Virus record (IMG/VR): IMGVR_UViG_3300000115_000005
Source: a virus
Strand: one strand, 5' to 3'
Length of the DNA stretch: 64,000 nucleotides
The position numbers and the translations under genes are program-made. A model generated the notes under the pieces. The model was not told the origin of the DNA, made no database searches, and was given only the letters and a program-made list of their open reading frames with translations. This document shows positions 50,550-58,820 of this stretch, in pieces (positions within the stretch are counted from its first letter, which is position 1; every line of letters starts with the position of its first letter).

Positions 50550-50578
50550 ATTTTAACAAGTAAACACTCAAATGTCAA
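50550..50578 (-). promoter_or_regulatory. sigma70-type promoter
   Basis: TTGACA-17-TAAAAT. Confidence 0.8.
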
Positions 50579-50599
50579 GCCTGTTGTTTTTATACAACA

Positions 50600-51085
50600 T
50601 TAATAATAATTGAAATTCATCACGATTCGAGGCAAATCTGTGCTTTCAATAGCTGCGTGTTTTAAATGTGATGGGAAAGTTACCAATCTATTTTCAACTG
50701 ACTCGATCTTTTGCCCACTCTCTTCAAATATTGTATAACCATTATTTGTATTCATATAAAGTATAGATGTTGTATGACCTGGATATAAAGCCATATCATT
50801 ATGAAATCCAGATTGAGCACCACGATTAATATCTGGTTGTAGATTGACTTTTATACGAACATATATTGGATTTTTATTTGCTAGAACTTTAGCTACATTA
50901 GGAAACCAATTAGACGTTGGCACATTTATTTCATATAAAACATGAACAAACTGGTAAAGACCATCATCTGGTTGAGTAGTTTTATTTTCATGATAGTACC
51001 ATGGGAAATAGTTGTCTGCAAATATTTTTTTTAAATCTTTTAAAACTTCTTCACTACAATAATTATCTTCAATTTTTATATTCAT
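50600..51085 (-). CDS. 2OG-Fe(II) oxygenase
   Basis: FPWYY, FHND (HxD), ILYMNTNNGYT.F, NRLV.F...H, R.V.N.NY. Confidence 0.88.
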   Translation of the reverse strand: MNIKIEDNYCSEEVLKDLKKIFADNYFPWYYHENKTTQPDDGLYQFVHVLYEINVPTSNWFPNVAKVLANKNPIYVRIKVNLQPDINRGAQSGFHNDMALYPGHTTSILYMNTNNGYTIFEESGQKIESVENRLVTFPSHLKHAAIESTDLPRIVMNFNYY

Positions 51086-51366
51086 TATGCGTATTGATCA
51101 AATCTGCCTTTTGGTTGACGTTTTGTTTTCTTTTCAATTGGTGTTACTTTTTTCATCTTCTGTGAATACTTTGTTGAGTATTTTGGATCAGTTGTAGAAA
51201 CTGGTGATGGAAAGAATTTGAAAGGTATCATTTTAAGACCACACATTTATAAGAATGATACCGATTAAACCAATAGTAATTGAATTAAAAATAATTGTGC
51301 CCCATACTAATCTATCAATTTGTTTAATACATTCTTTGTATGAATCAATTGGTGGTATTACTGTTT

Positions 51367-51798
51367 TCATATTGAGTTCCTTTTCTTCTCTGGATTTTTT
51401 TCATAATAATCATTTAATCTTTTTAAGTAAATTGGATCTTCAAATGGGTCACGATTTTCATCAAATGCTTTTATTATTTCTTCATCAGTAGGGTATGGCA
51501 ATTCCATTTGATCATCCATCCATTTCGCTATCATTCTACGTTCACCAGCTTTATCAAACTTTTTCAAATGTATTGAAGCTTCTGGAAACTCTTCCTTTTC
51601 TTCCAGTTTCCATTTGTCTTCCATAGATTCTAGGTGTAAAAGTAAAAGTATACTATCAGCGACTTCTTGATCACTTTTTGGCAAGTTTGATATGAACATT
51701 GCCATCTCTTCAGCATTCACGCAACTAATTAGAATGTTTAATATCGAAGCCTGTTTTATCGAGAGCCCTTGCATCAATTTCCTTTTTTGCTTCTTCAT
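51367..51798 (-). CDS. hypothetical protein
   Basis: ORF track. Confidence 0.55.
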   Translation of the reverse strand: MKKQKRKLMQGLSIKQASILNILISCVNAEEMAMFISNLPKSDQEVADSILLLLHLESMEDKWKLEEKEEFPEASIHLKKFDKAGERRMIAKWMDDQMELPYPTDEEIIKAFDENRDPFEDPIYLKRLNDYYEKNPEKKRNSI

Positions 51799-51931
51799 AA
51801 CTTTTAAATTCCCTTACTAAACTGTGATTAGGTATTTCGTTCAAATCAGTTGTAATTGCTAAACCGTTATACCGACTTGTGTAAACCATAAAAATTCCAG
51901 AATCTTTTGAAATTTTCCTTTTGTTTTCCAT
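51725..51931 (-). CDS. hypothetical protein
   Basis: ORF track; overlaps next ORF. Confidence 0.4.
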   Translation of the reverse strand: MENKRKISKDSGIFMVYTSRYNGLAITTDLNEIPNHSLVREFKSYEEAKKEIDARALDKTGFDIKHSN

Positions 51932-51957
51932 ATAGAGTATCTATAAGAATAGTGTAT

Positions 51958-52034
51958 TGGTCGGAGTGAAATGATTTGAACATTTGATCTCCTGCTCCCA
52001 AAGCAGGCGCCTTACCAGACTAGGCCACACTCCG
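51958..52034 (-). tRNA. tRNA-Pro(TGG)
   Basis: cggagtg/cactccg acceptor, cctgc-tt-TGG-ga-gcagg anticodon arm, GTTCAAAT T-loop, encoded CCA. Confidence 0.95.
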
Positions 52035-52204
52035 TATTATACTAAGTAAAAAGATTAAATAAAACTATACAAAAGCAAAACCAATAAAAAGCAATCCATA
52101 TAAAAACTTTTTCAGTTCTCCATGGGTGTACCAACAATAATAAAAAGTTTGTTCTTTTGTAAAAATTAAATAAACGAATTTTGTTTCTCAAATCAATCTC
52201 CTAA

Positions 52205-52675
52205 TTAACATCTTTCAGCATTTGCATAGTATTGAATAATAGACTTTTTCATCCAATGGCTTATATTTTTAGAGTCATCTGATGGTATCAAAGAACCTCG
52301 TATTGTTATTCCTTTAAAATGCCTCATTGCAATTAAATAGTCCCAACCAAAACGTGTTGCAGCTACCAGTTTTTCATCTTCAACCCATTGCCTAATAAAT
52401 TCTTCAAATATTATATATTCTTTTGAATCGAAAGACTTGGGTAATTTAAAATATGGTTGTAACACCAAGAAATCATAATCTTTAAAAGTCGGTAGTTCTT
52501 CATACTCACTCATAGGTAAACGAATTACATCATCAGTTTCCTCTTGAAGCCTATAATAAGGGTAGTGAACAAGTTCATCATAGTCAGTTCGATCCGCTCT
52601 TTTTCTTTTCAACTTCTTTGAAAAATCACTAGGCGTAAGTATTAAAGCTTTCATCTGGCCATTATCTATTTTCAT
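52205..52675 (-). CDS. hypothetical protein
   Basis: ORF track. Confidence 0.55.
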   Translation of the reverse strand: MKIDNGQMKALILTPSDFSKKLKRKRADRTDYDELVHYPYYRLQEETDDVIRLPMSEYEELPTFKDYDFLVLQPYFKLPKSFDSKEYIIFEEFIRQWVEDEKLVAATRFGWDYLIAMRHFKGITIRGSLIPSDDSKNISHWMKKSIIQYYANAERC

Positions 52676-52920
52676 CTATCTATCTCCGTAAAATCTTTTT
52701 CGCCCAGCAAGTAAACGATAGAGTTTGTTTCGAGCCATACATGAGCTCCACATGATAAAGGTTTTTTCGGATTATACACCAATTCACTTGGCCCATCTAT
52801 AATGACCTTTTTCGCATAACGATTACTCTTACCTTGCTTGACTGTAAAAACTGGTTCTTCCAAACCTTTCTTTTTATTTGATCGAATGATATGTTGATTA
52901 ACGTGTATTTTAGTTTTCAT
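52672..52920 (-). CDS. conserved phage protein (IHVNQH..GPS..Y..PLSCGA family)
   Basis: Motif recognised; start placed at MKTKIH. Confidence 0.7.
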   Translation of the reverse strand: MKTKIHVNQHIIRSNKKKGLEEPVFTVKQGKSNRYAKKVIIDGPSELVYNPKKPLSCGAHVWLETNSIVYLLGEKDFTEIDR

Positions 52921-53245
52921 ATTCCGCATCCCAATCATAATCTTCAACTATACTACACCCACACCATGGATCGCCCCATTTACAATCGGGAGTCTCTTCA
53001 TGATCCGGATACCAATTTTCCCAACCTTCTTCAGCTGGAGGTATTTCTGATCTTTTAGGATTCATAAACCATTCTTCATACCAATCATGATGTCTATCGA
53101 GCCTGCTATCATATAAAAGATATTCTATTTCAGAAGCCTTGGCTTTACCTTCATTCACCATTTCACAGAATAGAATATCATCATCAGTTAAGTTAGCTAT
53201 ATCTCTACTTCTCATTTTCCATTCTTTCATTAATCCATTTTTCAC
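52910..53245 (-). CDS. acidic Trp-rich hypothetical protein
   Basis: ORF track. Confidence 0.5.
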   Translation of the reverse strand: MKNGLMKEWKMRSRDIANLTDDDILFCEMVNEGKAKASEIEYLLYDSRLDRHHDWYEEWFMNPKRSEIPPAEEGWENWYPDHEETPDCKWGDPWCGCSIVEDYDWDAEYEN

Positions 53246-53390
53246 AATTCTTTATCTCATCACTTTCGTATAAAGAACCAGCTTCTGTATTTTCATATTC
53301 CCATACATGAAAAGTATTATCATATTTTGCAATGAAGTATTTAACTCCATTAAAATCACCTACGGTTGCTGGGATCTCTTCTCGACTCAT
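53205..53390 (-). CDS. hypothetical protein
   Basis: ORF track; GAGG RBS. Confidence 0.55.
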   Translation of the reverse strand: MSREEIPATVGDFNGVKYFIAKYDNTFHVWEYENTEAGSLYESDEIKNCEKWINERMENEK

Positions 53391-53610
53391 GTACTATCTC
53401 ACCTCTTATAAATTTAATTGTAAACTCTATACCAATCGCCGCAAAAATGGCTATGACAGTTGCCAGAATAAATGTAAACCAATACATAAAAGTATCTAAC
53501 CAATCACTTGGTGATGATCCAACACCCACTATATCTATCTTTAAAGATTGATTCGCTATATCATAAGAATGATCCACTATGATCGGTAAAAAATTCAGTA
53601 TCAATTCCAT
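53356..53610 (-). CDS. membrane protein
   Basis: One TM segment. Confidence 0.55.
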   Translation of the reverse strand: MELILNFLPIIVDHSYDIANQSLKIDIVGVGSSPSDWLDTFMYWFTFILATVIAIFAAIGIEFTIKFIRGEIVHESRRDPSNRR

Positions 53611-53613
53611 AAT

Positions 53614-53724
53614 TTAAAAAATCCCATAAGTTTTCAACATAATTAAAGTAGTGCTTGTTGCAATTGTACTAATCGCAATTGTATGAACTATTTGACAGAT
53701 TTTATCTCTCGTATCCTTCTTCAT
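53614..53724 (-). CDS. 36-aa hydrophobic peptide (paralog B)
   Basis: MKKDTRDKICQIVHTIAISTIATSTTLIMLKTYGIF; GGAG RBS. Confidence 0.65.
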   Translation of the reverse strand: MKKDTRDKICQIVHTIAISTIATSTTLIMLKTYGIF

Positions 53725-53819
53725 AAAACTCCATAAGTCCTTAACATAATGAGTGATGTATTGATAGCCACACAGGTGACTGAAAATGCACTAATTGTTA
53801 AACATATTTTCTGATACAT
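53721..53819 (-). CDS. 32-aa hydrophobic peptide (paralog A)
   Basis: MYQKICLTISAFSVTCVAINTSLIMLRTYGVL; GGAG RBS, ATGA overlap with paralog B. Confidence 0.65.
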   Translation of the reverse strand: MYQKICLTISAFSVTCVAINTSLIMLRTYGVL

Positions 53820-53834
53820 AATTTCTCCAAAATA

Positions 53835-54362
53835 AGTGAGAGTTTTATTTAAAAAGTCCACTACTCTCAAAGGACTCGCACATTTGGTTTTTTAAAGAAA
53901 CCGACCACGCACCGTGGGAAAACTTCTTGTTATTAGAGTTTATTCTTTCTGAAGAAAAACCCTGCCATGATAGGCTAAAAACGACAATAGGCTTGAGTTG
54001 TTACTACTGTTCTGCATTTGCGTTTTACAGAAGCTCTTTGTATCAAGGTATCTCGGATATCGCACATTACCTCTGACCCTTAAAATTAGATTCGTCTATA
54101 AGGGGATTTGAACCCCCATCTTCAAAGCGATCAACTTTGACGTTTTAATAGCTAAAGAACCACTATTCTAGGAAGTATTACTACTTCATCATTAAACTAT
54201 ATACAACGTTTTTTTACACCGAGTTTTCCCTATCATGTTTCGGATAGATGCTTGATGCTGAATCTAATACAATCATAACAACTCAAATTCTTAAAATCTT
54301 TATAAATTAAGACTGATGCACCAGTTCTATTCTCTTACGAGGTAGACGTTTTCTTAATCTAT
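53835..54362 (-). ncRNA. large structured non-coding RNA with embedded tRNA-like domain
   Basis: No ORF of 60 aa or more; upstream promoter; nested and crossing 8-11 bp perfect inverted repeats; tRNA-like arms at 54093-54208; 3' H-type pseudoknot. Confidence 0.7.
54093..54208 (-). other. tRNA-like element (GAT in anticodon-type loop) with ~40-nt D-loop expansion
   Basis: TA-GTTT-AAT...AAAC D stem, TCAAAG-TTGATCG-CTTTGA arm, GGGGG-TTCAAAT-CCCCT T arm, bulged acceptor, no CCA. Confidence 0.65.
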
Positions 54363-54368
54363 GAGTCC

Positions 54369-54397
54369 ATTCTATATGAGTATGTATAAAATGTCAA
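54369..54397 (-). promoter_or_regulatory. sigma70-type promoter for large ncRNA
   Basis: TTGACA-17-TAGAAT. Confidence 0.8.
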
Positions 54398-54734
54398 CAG
54401 CTAATTTCAATTACTTCTAGTACCTGTTGTTGTTGTAAAAGTACTACAAGTACCACGAAAACCATGAAGTACCATCATAACATAGAGTGGCCTAAGTGTG
54501 AGGTAAAGTCCCAAAGATACTACGAAAAAAGGTACCGAGTGATTTTTCCACCGGAAAAAAATTAAGTGGTGCTTTAGTGGAGGGAATCAATTTTCGACCA
54601 GAGTAAAACAAAATCTAAGGATCACTAGGGGGTCTGTCGTGCTGGGGTGGGTAACTCTGCCAACTGTATATGGGGGGCTGCAGCGACCATGTAGCTTGCC
54701 TACCGACCGAAAAAAGACTCTTCGGCCGAAGTAT

Positions 54735-55007
54735 TCAGGATCTATTTTGAACACCGTAGTCCATGAATCCGTTTGTACCACACCACCAGTCCCAAGCTTG
54801 GGTCTGTGTCTTGAATGGGCCATGTGGACCTGGATCGGCATCTTGACCGGCATCTATGATCCAATAATCGCCGACCGCATGGTCTTGGACAATGATTGGA
54901 TTCCATGGACCGGAATCTTTAGATGGTTGGTAGACCACATCATGGTCACCTAGTTGATCTTGAATGAAACCACTGGTAGGTAATGTTGGATGGTTAATCT
55001 GTATCAT
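54735..55007 (-). CDS. hypothetical protein
   Basis: Same strand as early operon; HGPFKT...AW motif. Confidence 0.6.
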   Translation of the reverse strand: MIQINHPTLPTSGFIQDQLGDHDVVYQPSKDSGPWNPIIVQDHAVGDYWIIDAGQDADPGPHGPFKTQTQAWDWWCGTNGFMDYGVQNRS

Positions 55008-55082
55008 TATATCTGTCCTAGTAAAATTAAGAGAGCCTGTAAGGCATCGGTGTTTTGTATAATTAAATCCATGTTTATCTCC

Positions 55083-55415
55083 TCAAGCGCTAACTATGGC
55101 TTCCCTATAAGTACATCTTTCAAGTATTTCACAAAATCTATCATAGCGGATTAGATTTTCATCATCCGTATCAGCACGGAAATCTTCCGCATTTAAAGCT
55201 CTAGGGTCAATTAAATCAAATAAAAAGTCCTCAAGGCCTCTGAGGGTCAAGCAAGTGATTTCATCTTCGGTATAAATTGCCTCTCCGGATCCTTCTGCAA
55301 ATACATTTACAACATCAAGTGATTCAGCAATAATATCACCCAACATTGTGGCATCATTTAATGGAAGATTTCTAATTAAGTAATCTACGGAGGTGAGGTT
55401 TGTAACTGTAAGCAT
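55083..55415 (-). CDS. acidic early hypothetical protein
   Basis: Directly after promoter; AAGGA RBS. Confidence 0.65.
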   Translation of the reverse strand: MLTVTNLTSVDYLIRNLPLNDATMLGDIIAESLDVVNVFAEGSGEAIYTEDEITCLTLRGLEDFLFDLIDPRALNAEDFRADTDDENLIRYDRFCEILERCTYREAIVSA

Positions 55416-55448
55416 TTAGTGTTTCCTTTTATGTTTGACTATGATTCC

Positions 55449-55477
55449 ATCCTAATGGACATTGCCCCAATTGTCAA
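55449..55477 (-). promoter_or_regulatory. repeated early promoter
   Basis: TTGACA-attggggcaatgtccat-TAGGAT followed by GG..CATAGTCAAA. Confidence 0.8.
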
Positions 55478-55482
55478 GCGTT

Positions 55483-55587
55483 TTATACTATAATAAGAGC
55501 ATATAAAAAGCTTAATACTGTAACATATACAGGCCAATAAAAATAAAGGGAAGCACAGAATGTAGCAAATACAATTAACTTAAACAT
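55483..55587 (-). CDS. 34-aa hydrophobic peptide with its own promoter
   Basis: MFKLIVFATFCASLYFYWPVYVTVLSFLYALIIV; GGAG RBS. Confidence 0.65.
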   Translation of the reverse strand: MFKLIVFATFCASLYFYWPVYVTVLSFLYALIIV

Positions 55588-55619
55588 TTAAAACTCCATA
55601 TTTGTTTGACTATGGGTCC

Positions 55620-55648
55620 ATCCTAGAGGACATTGCCTGAAATGTCAA
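55620..55648 (-). promoter_or_regulatory. repeated early promoter
   Basis: TTGACA-tttcaggcaatgtcctc-TAGGAT followed by GG..CATAGTCAAA. Confidence 0.8.
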
Positions 55649-55651
55649 GCA

Positions 55652-56110
55652 TTAACCTCCTTTTTGGTCGAACTTATAATCAACAATATCATGGAATGCT
55701 TCTCGCATCACATCAAGTTGTTGGCCAAAAAATTCACGCTGTTTGGTTAAACGGGTGAGCCTCTTTTGGTCTTTTACAGAATAACGAGAGCGGCCGCTAT
55801 AACAATCATCAATTCGTTTAGTGAGGCGGTTATAGTTAGCCTCTAAATGGTCGACCACATCATCCCATGTAGCTTTATAAAAACTAGCTTTAGGCTCTGG
55901 AAAACCATTGTCTACTCCATGAACCACTTGGCTGGCGATTTGTGCTACAGCTGTTGATCTTTCACGGATTTGAGTCAAATGACCATTATATGGCAAAGCA
56001 ACTATAGCATTAGCTGTGTCAGTATGCTCACGAATGAAGTTGCTAATTGTTGATGTACCAACCTCTACCGAGAGATTGTCCAAGATTTGATCGTTAACAG
56101 AATGACTCAT
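55652..56110 (-). CDS. early hypothetical protein
   Basis: AAGGAG RBS. Confidence 0.65.
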   Translation of the reverse strand: MSHSVNDQILDNLSVEVGTSTISNFIREHTDTANAIVALPYNGHLTQIRERSTAVAQIASQVVHGVDNGFPEPKASFYKATWDDVVDHLEANYNRLTKRIDDCYSGRSRYSVKDQKRLTRLTKQREFFGQQLDVMREAFHDIVDYKFDQKGG

Positions 56111-56124
56111 TTATTGCTCCTTAA

Positions 56125-56258
56125 AATAAAAAAATGAGAGAAAGTGCCAGTTTAAATTCCAGTTGATGTTTCCAGATATCCTAAGATAAGCAGTTAATCT
56201 AAACATCATTCAGTTAAATTCTAATCTAATTCAGTTAATCTAACTTTCTCTCTACTGT
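56125..56258 (-). ncRNA. candidate small RNA/leader with five AACUG motifs
   Basis: 10-bp closing stem 56136-45/56243-52 followed by U-tract; directly after promoter. Confidence 0.55.
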
Positions 56259-56264
56259 GGAACC

Positions 56265-56293
56265 ATTGTATCTGAGTATTGCCCAATTGTCAA
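56265..56293 (-). promoter_or_regulatory. repeated early promoter
   Basis: TTGACA-attgggcaatactcaga-TACAAT. Confidence 0.8.
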
Positions 56294-56406
56294 CCACTAT
56301 TTTAATCTTTTTTGCCTCTGTTGTAAAATAACAACGCAGTCAGTAAACACTAACACCAACACTCAATGACACCCGCCACATTAGTGCGATTCCCCACGAA
56401 TAAACA

Positions 56407-56601
56407 CTATACCCCACAAGCATCTAATCTATCACGATTTAAGAACTTAATTTGTTTTTTTAGCTTCTTCTTAATTTGATTATGACTATTTCTCACAATA
56501 GAATATCTAATGACCCTTACTTCTTCTTCATAGTATATTTTTTTAAATTTTTTAATAAAATTTTGATCTCTGATTCTACTAAACATGAATTGCCCTTTCA
56601 A
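56407..56601 (-). CDS. basic hypothetical protein
   Basis: ORF track. Confidence 0.5.
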   Translation of the reverse strand: MKGQFMFSRIRDQNFIKKFKKIYYEEEVRVIRYSIVRNSHNQIKKKLKKQIKFLNRDRLDACGV

Positions 56602-56606
56602 GGTAA

Positions 56607-56978
56607 TTAATATGGGTAAATAGTGAAATTCGTAGCATTATGAATTGTGCAATGTTGAGGTGCTCTCGAAACGGATTTTGTTTTTCCACGATAACGAATA
56701 CGAGCACGGCCTCTTGTAAAACTTATCACTCTTTTAGAGAATCGAGCAAAGATGGAAATATGTTCTAATTCAAATTGACTTTTTAATTTAGGTTTTGTCT
56801 CAAAATGCTCTTGATACTCTTTTGAAAATCCAAAGATTTCTACATTTGCTCTAACAGCTTGAGCAATATTTTTGAATAACTCAAACTCTGACTTATTTAA
56901 ATAATCTAGATCAACATCAAAGCGATCATCACATTTAATGCCTGCTTTGTGTACACTTGAATATAAAATTTTGTTCAT
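56607..56978 (-). CDS. early hypothetical protein
   Basis: After promoter; RIRYRG motif. Confidence 0.65.
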   Translation of the reverse strand: MNKILYSSVHKAGIKCDDRFDVDLDYLNKSEFELFKNIAQAVRANVEIFGFSKEYQEHFETKPKLKSQFELEHISIFARFSKRVISFTRGRARIRYRGKTKSVSRAPQHCTIHNATNFTIYPY

Positions 56979-57008
56979 TTCTGTCCTTGTTTATTTGACT
57001 ATGAAACC

Positions 57009-57037
57009 ATTATATGGGCACATTGCCCAAATGTCAA
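57009..57037 (-). promoter_or_regulatory. repeated early promoter
   Basis: TTGACA-tttgggcaatgtgccca-TATAAT. Confidence 0.85.
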
Positions 57038-57040
57038 GCT

Positions 57041-57271
57041 CTATCGAGCCTTCTTATAAAAGAGTTTACGAACGGTGCCAATTTTAACATGGCCCACTTT
57101 TTTTACAGCCTTTACCTGTGCCTTAGATGTAACAGATCCACCAAAAGCAATAGCTTTAATAATGTCATTACTACCAGCATTTTCCAACTTACGAACCATC
57201 TGAATTAAGAGTTTCTCTCTTAATGTTACCTCAAATTTCAAGGTGTTGTTTAAATTTCCTGTTCTTTTCAT
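57041..57271 (-). CDS. basic early hypothetical protein
   Basis: After promoter. Confidence 0.6.
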   Translation of the reverse strand: MKRTGNLNNTLKFEVTLREKLLIQMVRKLENAGSNDIIKAIAFGGSVTSKAQVKAVKKVGHVKIGTVRKLFYKKAR

Positions 57272-57302
57272 AATTTCTTTCTATTTGATTAACTATGAAA
57301 CC

Positions 57303-57331
57303 ATTGTATAAGTTGGTTGCCTAAAAGTCAA
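57303..57331 (-). promoter_or_regulatory. repeated early promoter
   Basis: TTGACT-tttaggcaaccaactta-TACAAT. Confidence 0.8.
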
Positions 57332-57353
57332 GCGTGTTGTGAAAATGTTACAC

Positions 57354-57389
57354 AAAAAAAATGCTTGACAATTCAGTAACTGTCAAGCA
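57354..57389 (-). terminator. terminator whose stem is built from two GCTTGACA elements
   Basis: tgcttgaca...tgtcaagca inverted repeat followed by U8. Confidence 0.7.
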
Positions 57390-57411
57390 AGATGGTAGTG
57401 TATTAGCAGTA

Positions 57412-57621
57412 TTATACTTTTGTATTATATCTTTGAGTAGTTTGAGTATTTGGTATTTCTCTTTCAGTTGTCATAAAAGGAATATCTAAAGGTGCATCCC
57501 TATCACGTTTTCTACGCCATAAAAAATATGTAATGATTGCTGATAGAATACTAAGGCATACTAATACAATTACGATTGTATAATCCAGAGTAAAATCATA
57601 ATCAGTAAGTAATGAATTCAT
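57412..57621 (-). CDS. single-TM membrane protein
   Basis: Hydrophobic helix followed by WRRKR. Confidence 0.6.
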   Translation of the reverse strand: MNSLLTDYDFTLDYTIVIVLVCLSILSAIITYFLWRRKRDRDAPLDIPFMTTEREIPNTQTTQRYNTKV

Positions 57622-57866
57622 GACATTTCCATTTCTTGTTGATCGGCATCATTTGCCATTTGTTGTAGGGTTAATTCAAATTCTTCATTTCGGATAAATT
57701 CTATTTCAGCAATCATTGTGGCGAAATCAGCCTCAATTTGATCCGTACGATTTTCTTCCGCAATTACATTCAGTTCCTGATTAATCTTGGATATGTCAAG
57801 GGATTTCTTTTGAGGAGTTTCAACATTTTCGCTGGTTCTCGCTTTTTGTATTTTCATGGTTCTCAC
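57618..57866 (-). CDS. hypothetical protein
   Basis: Coupled ORF. Confidence 0.55.
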   Translation of the reverse strand: MRTMKIQKARTSENVETPQKKSLDISKINQELNVIAEENRTDQIEADFATMIAEIEFIRNEEFELTLQQMANDADQQEMEMS

Positions 57867-58051
57867 TTTTTACTGGTTCTCACTTTCTTCCACCACTCTG
57901 CATTTTCCTGACCTATTTCGCTGAGCTTATAATTTCTAGTTATCATTTTACCATTAAAATCCACATAAGAAATGGTTTCATATTCTTGCTCTGGCTCGGT
58001 TCTCGCTTTTTGTGAGTTCTCACTTTTTGTATTACCTGTATTCTCGCTCAT
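57863..58051 (-). CDS. hypothetical protein
   Basis: Coupled ORF. Confidence 0.55.
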   Translation of the reverse strand: MSENTGNTKSENSQKARTEPEQEYETISYVDFNGKMITRNYKLSEIGQENAEWWKKVRTSKK

Positions 58052-58248
58052 TGTACAAATTTCTTATCAATGGCTGAAATATCTACCCAAGCGTGGAACA
58101 ATTCAATTGCTTCTCTTAATGGCATATTAAAAGCATTTGATACTGTAGCTGGTGTCTTAGCTAAATGAATCTCACCGAGATCATCTACCTTGTTTAAAAA
58201 CTGAAATACATCATTTACGGTGTAATGATTGTTAGATTTACTGATCAT
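58048..58248 (-). CDS. hypothetical protein
   Basis: Start placed at MISK with AGGAG RBS. Confidence 0.55.
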   Translation of the reverse strand: MISKSNNHYTVNDVFQFLNKVDDLGEIHLAKTPATVSNAFNMPLREAIELFHAWVDISAIDKKFVQ

Positions 58249-58346
58249 TTTTTCTCCTGAGTAATGAAAAATGTTAAACATAATGATATGAAAACAATTG
58301 CAAATCCTACGATCAATCCTGATAATGCGGAAAATAAAAATTCCAT
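58245..58346 (-). CDS. 33-aa hydrophobic peptide
   Basis: MEFLFSALSGLIVGFAIVFISLCLTFFITQEKK; AAGGAG RBS. Confidence 0.6.
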   Translation of the reverse strand: MEFLFSALSGLIVGFAIVFISLCLTFFITQEKK

Positions 58347-58355
58347 TTTAACTCC

Positions 58356-58739
58356 TTATCTTAAATAAGCTGGGCCAGTCCAGCGAACACCATTAAAATT
58401 ACCATCAAGAACATTTCCTCGTGGTGCGTTTCTAGCTGGTTTTGACCAACCTGCGGCTTTGAGAATGTCACCTTTTTTGAATAGTTTATCATCACCTGTA
58501 GCAACAATAAAACCCCAGCAAGAATGGCCTGCGATAATTTTCCAATACTTCTTGCCTTTTGCAACTGATAGTCTGCTTTTAAATTCTGCTCTTTTATCTT
58601 CGATTTGATCATCATGAATGTCATATCTATTTGTCCAACCAACATAATCATCAGCAATTACGTCTTTAAGATTTTCAACAGCACCATCTAAAAGACCTTT
58701 TGCTACTTCATTTAATTCAGCTTCATTTATTATCTTCAA
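58356..58739 (-). CDS. conserved phage early protein (GKKY.KI..GDILKAA.W..PA family)
   Basis: Motif recognised; TTG start with GGGAG RBS. Confidence 0.75.
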   Translation of the reverse strand: MKIINEAELNEVAKGLLDGAVENLKDVIADDYVGWTNRYDIHDDQIEDKRAEFKSRLSVAKGKKYWKIIAGHSCWGFIVATGDDKLFKKGDILKAAGWSKPARNAPRGNVLDGNFNGVRWTGPAYLR

Positions 58740-58772
58740 TTTAAAACTCCCGTTTGTTTAGTCTATGAAACC

Positions 58773-58801
58773 ATTGTATAAGCTGGTTGCCCAAATGTCA
58801 A
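58773..58801 (-). promoter_or_regulatory. repeated early promoter
   Basis: TTGACA-tttgggcaaccagctta-TACAAT. Confidence 0.85.
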
Positions 58802-58820
58802 GCACAAAAAAAAGACTGTA

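Noticed and set aside
53835-54362. tmRNA or canonical tRNA-Ile call
   Set aside because: No tmRNA-type acceptor ends or tag ORF recognised; acceptor stem bulged, no CCA, D-loop oversized. A covariance search is needed to exclude fully
54587-54953. ORFs 54587..54853 (-) and 54639..54953 (+)
   Set aside because: Overlap 54735..55007, lack RBS, and probably arise from the locally high GC content
56125-56258. Mini CRISPR array
   Set aside because: Repeats are only 5-12 nt with irregular short spacing and no cas genes
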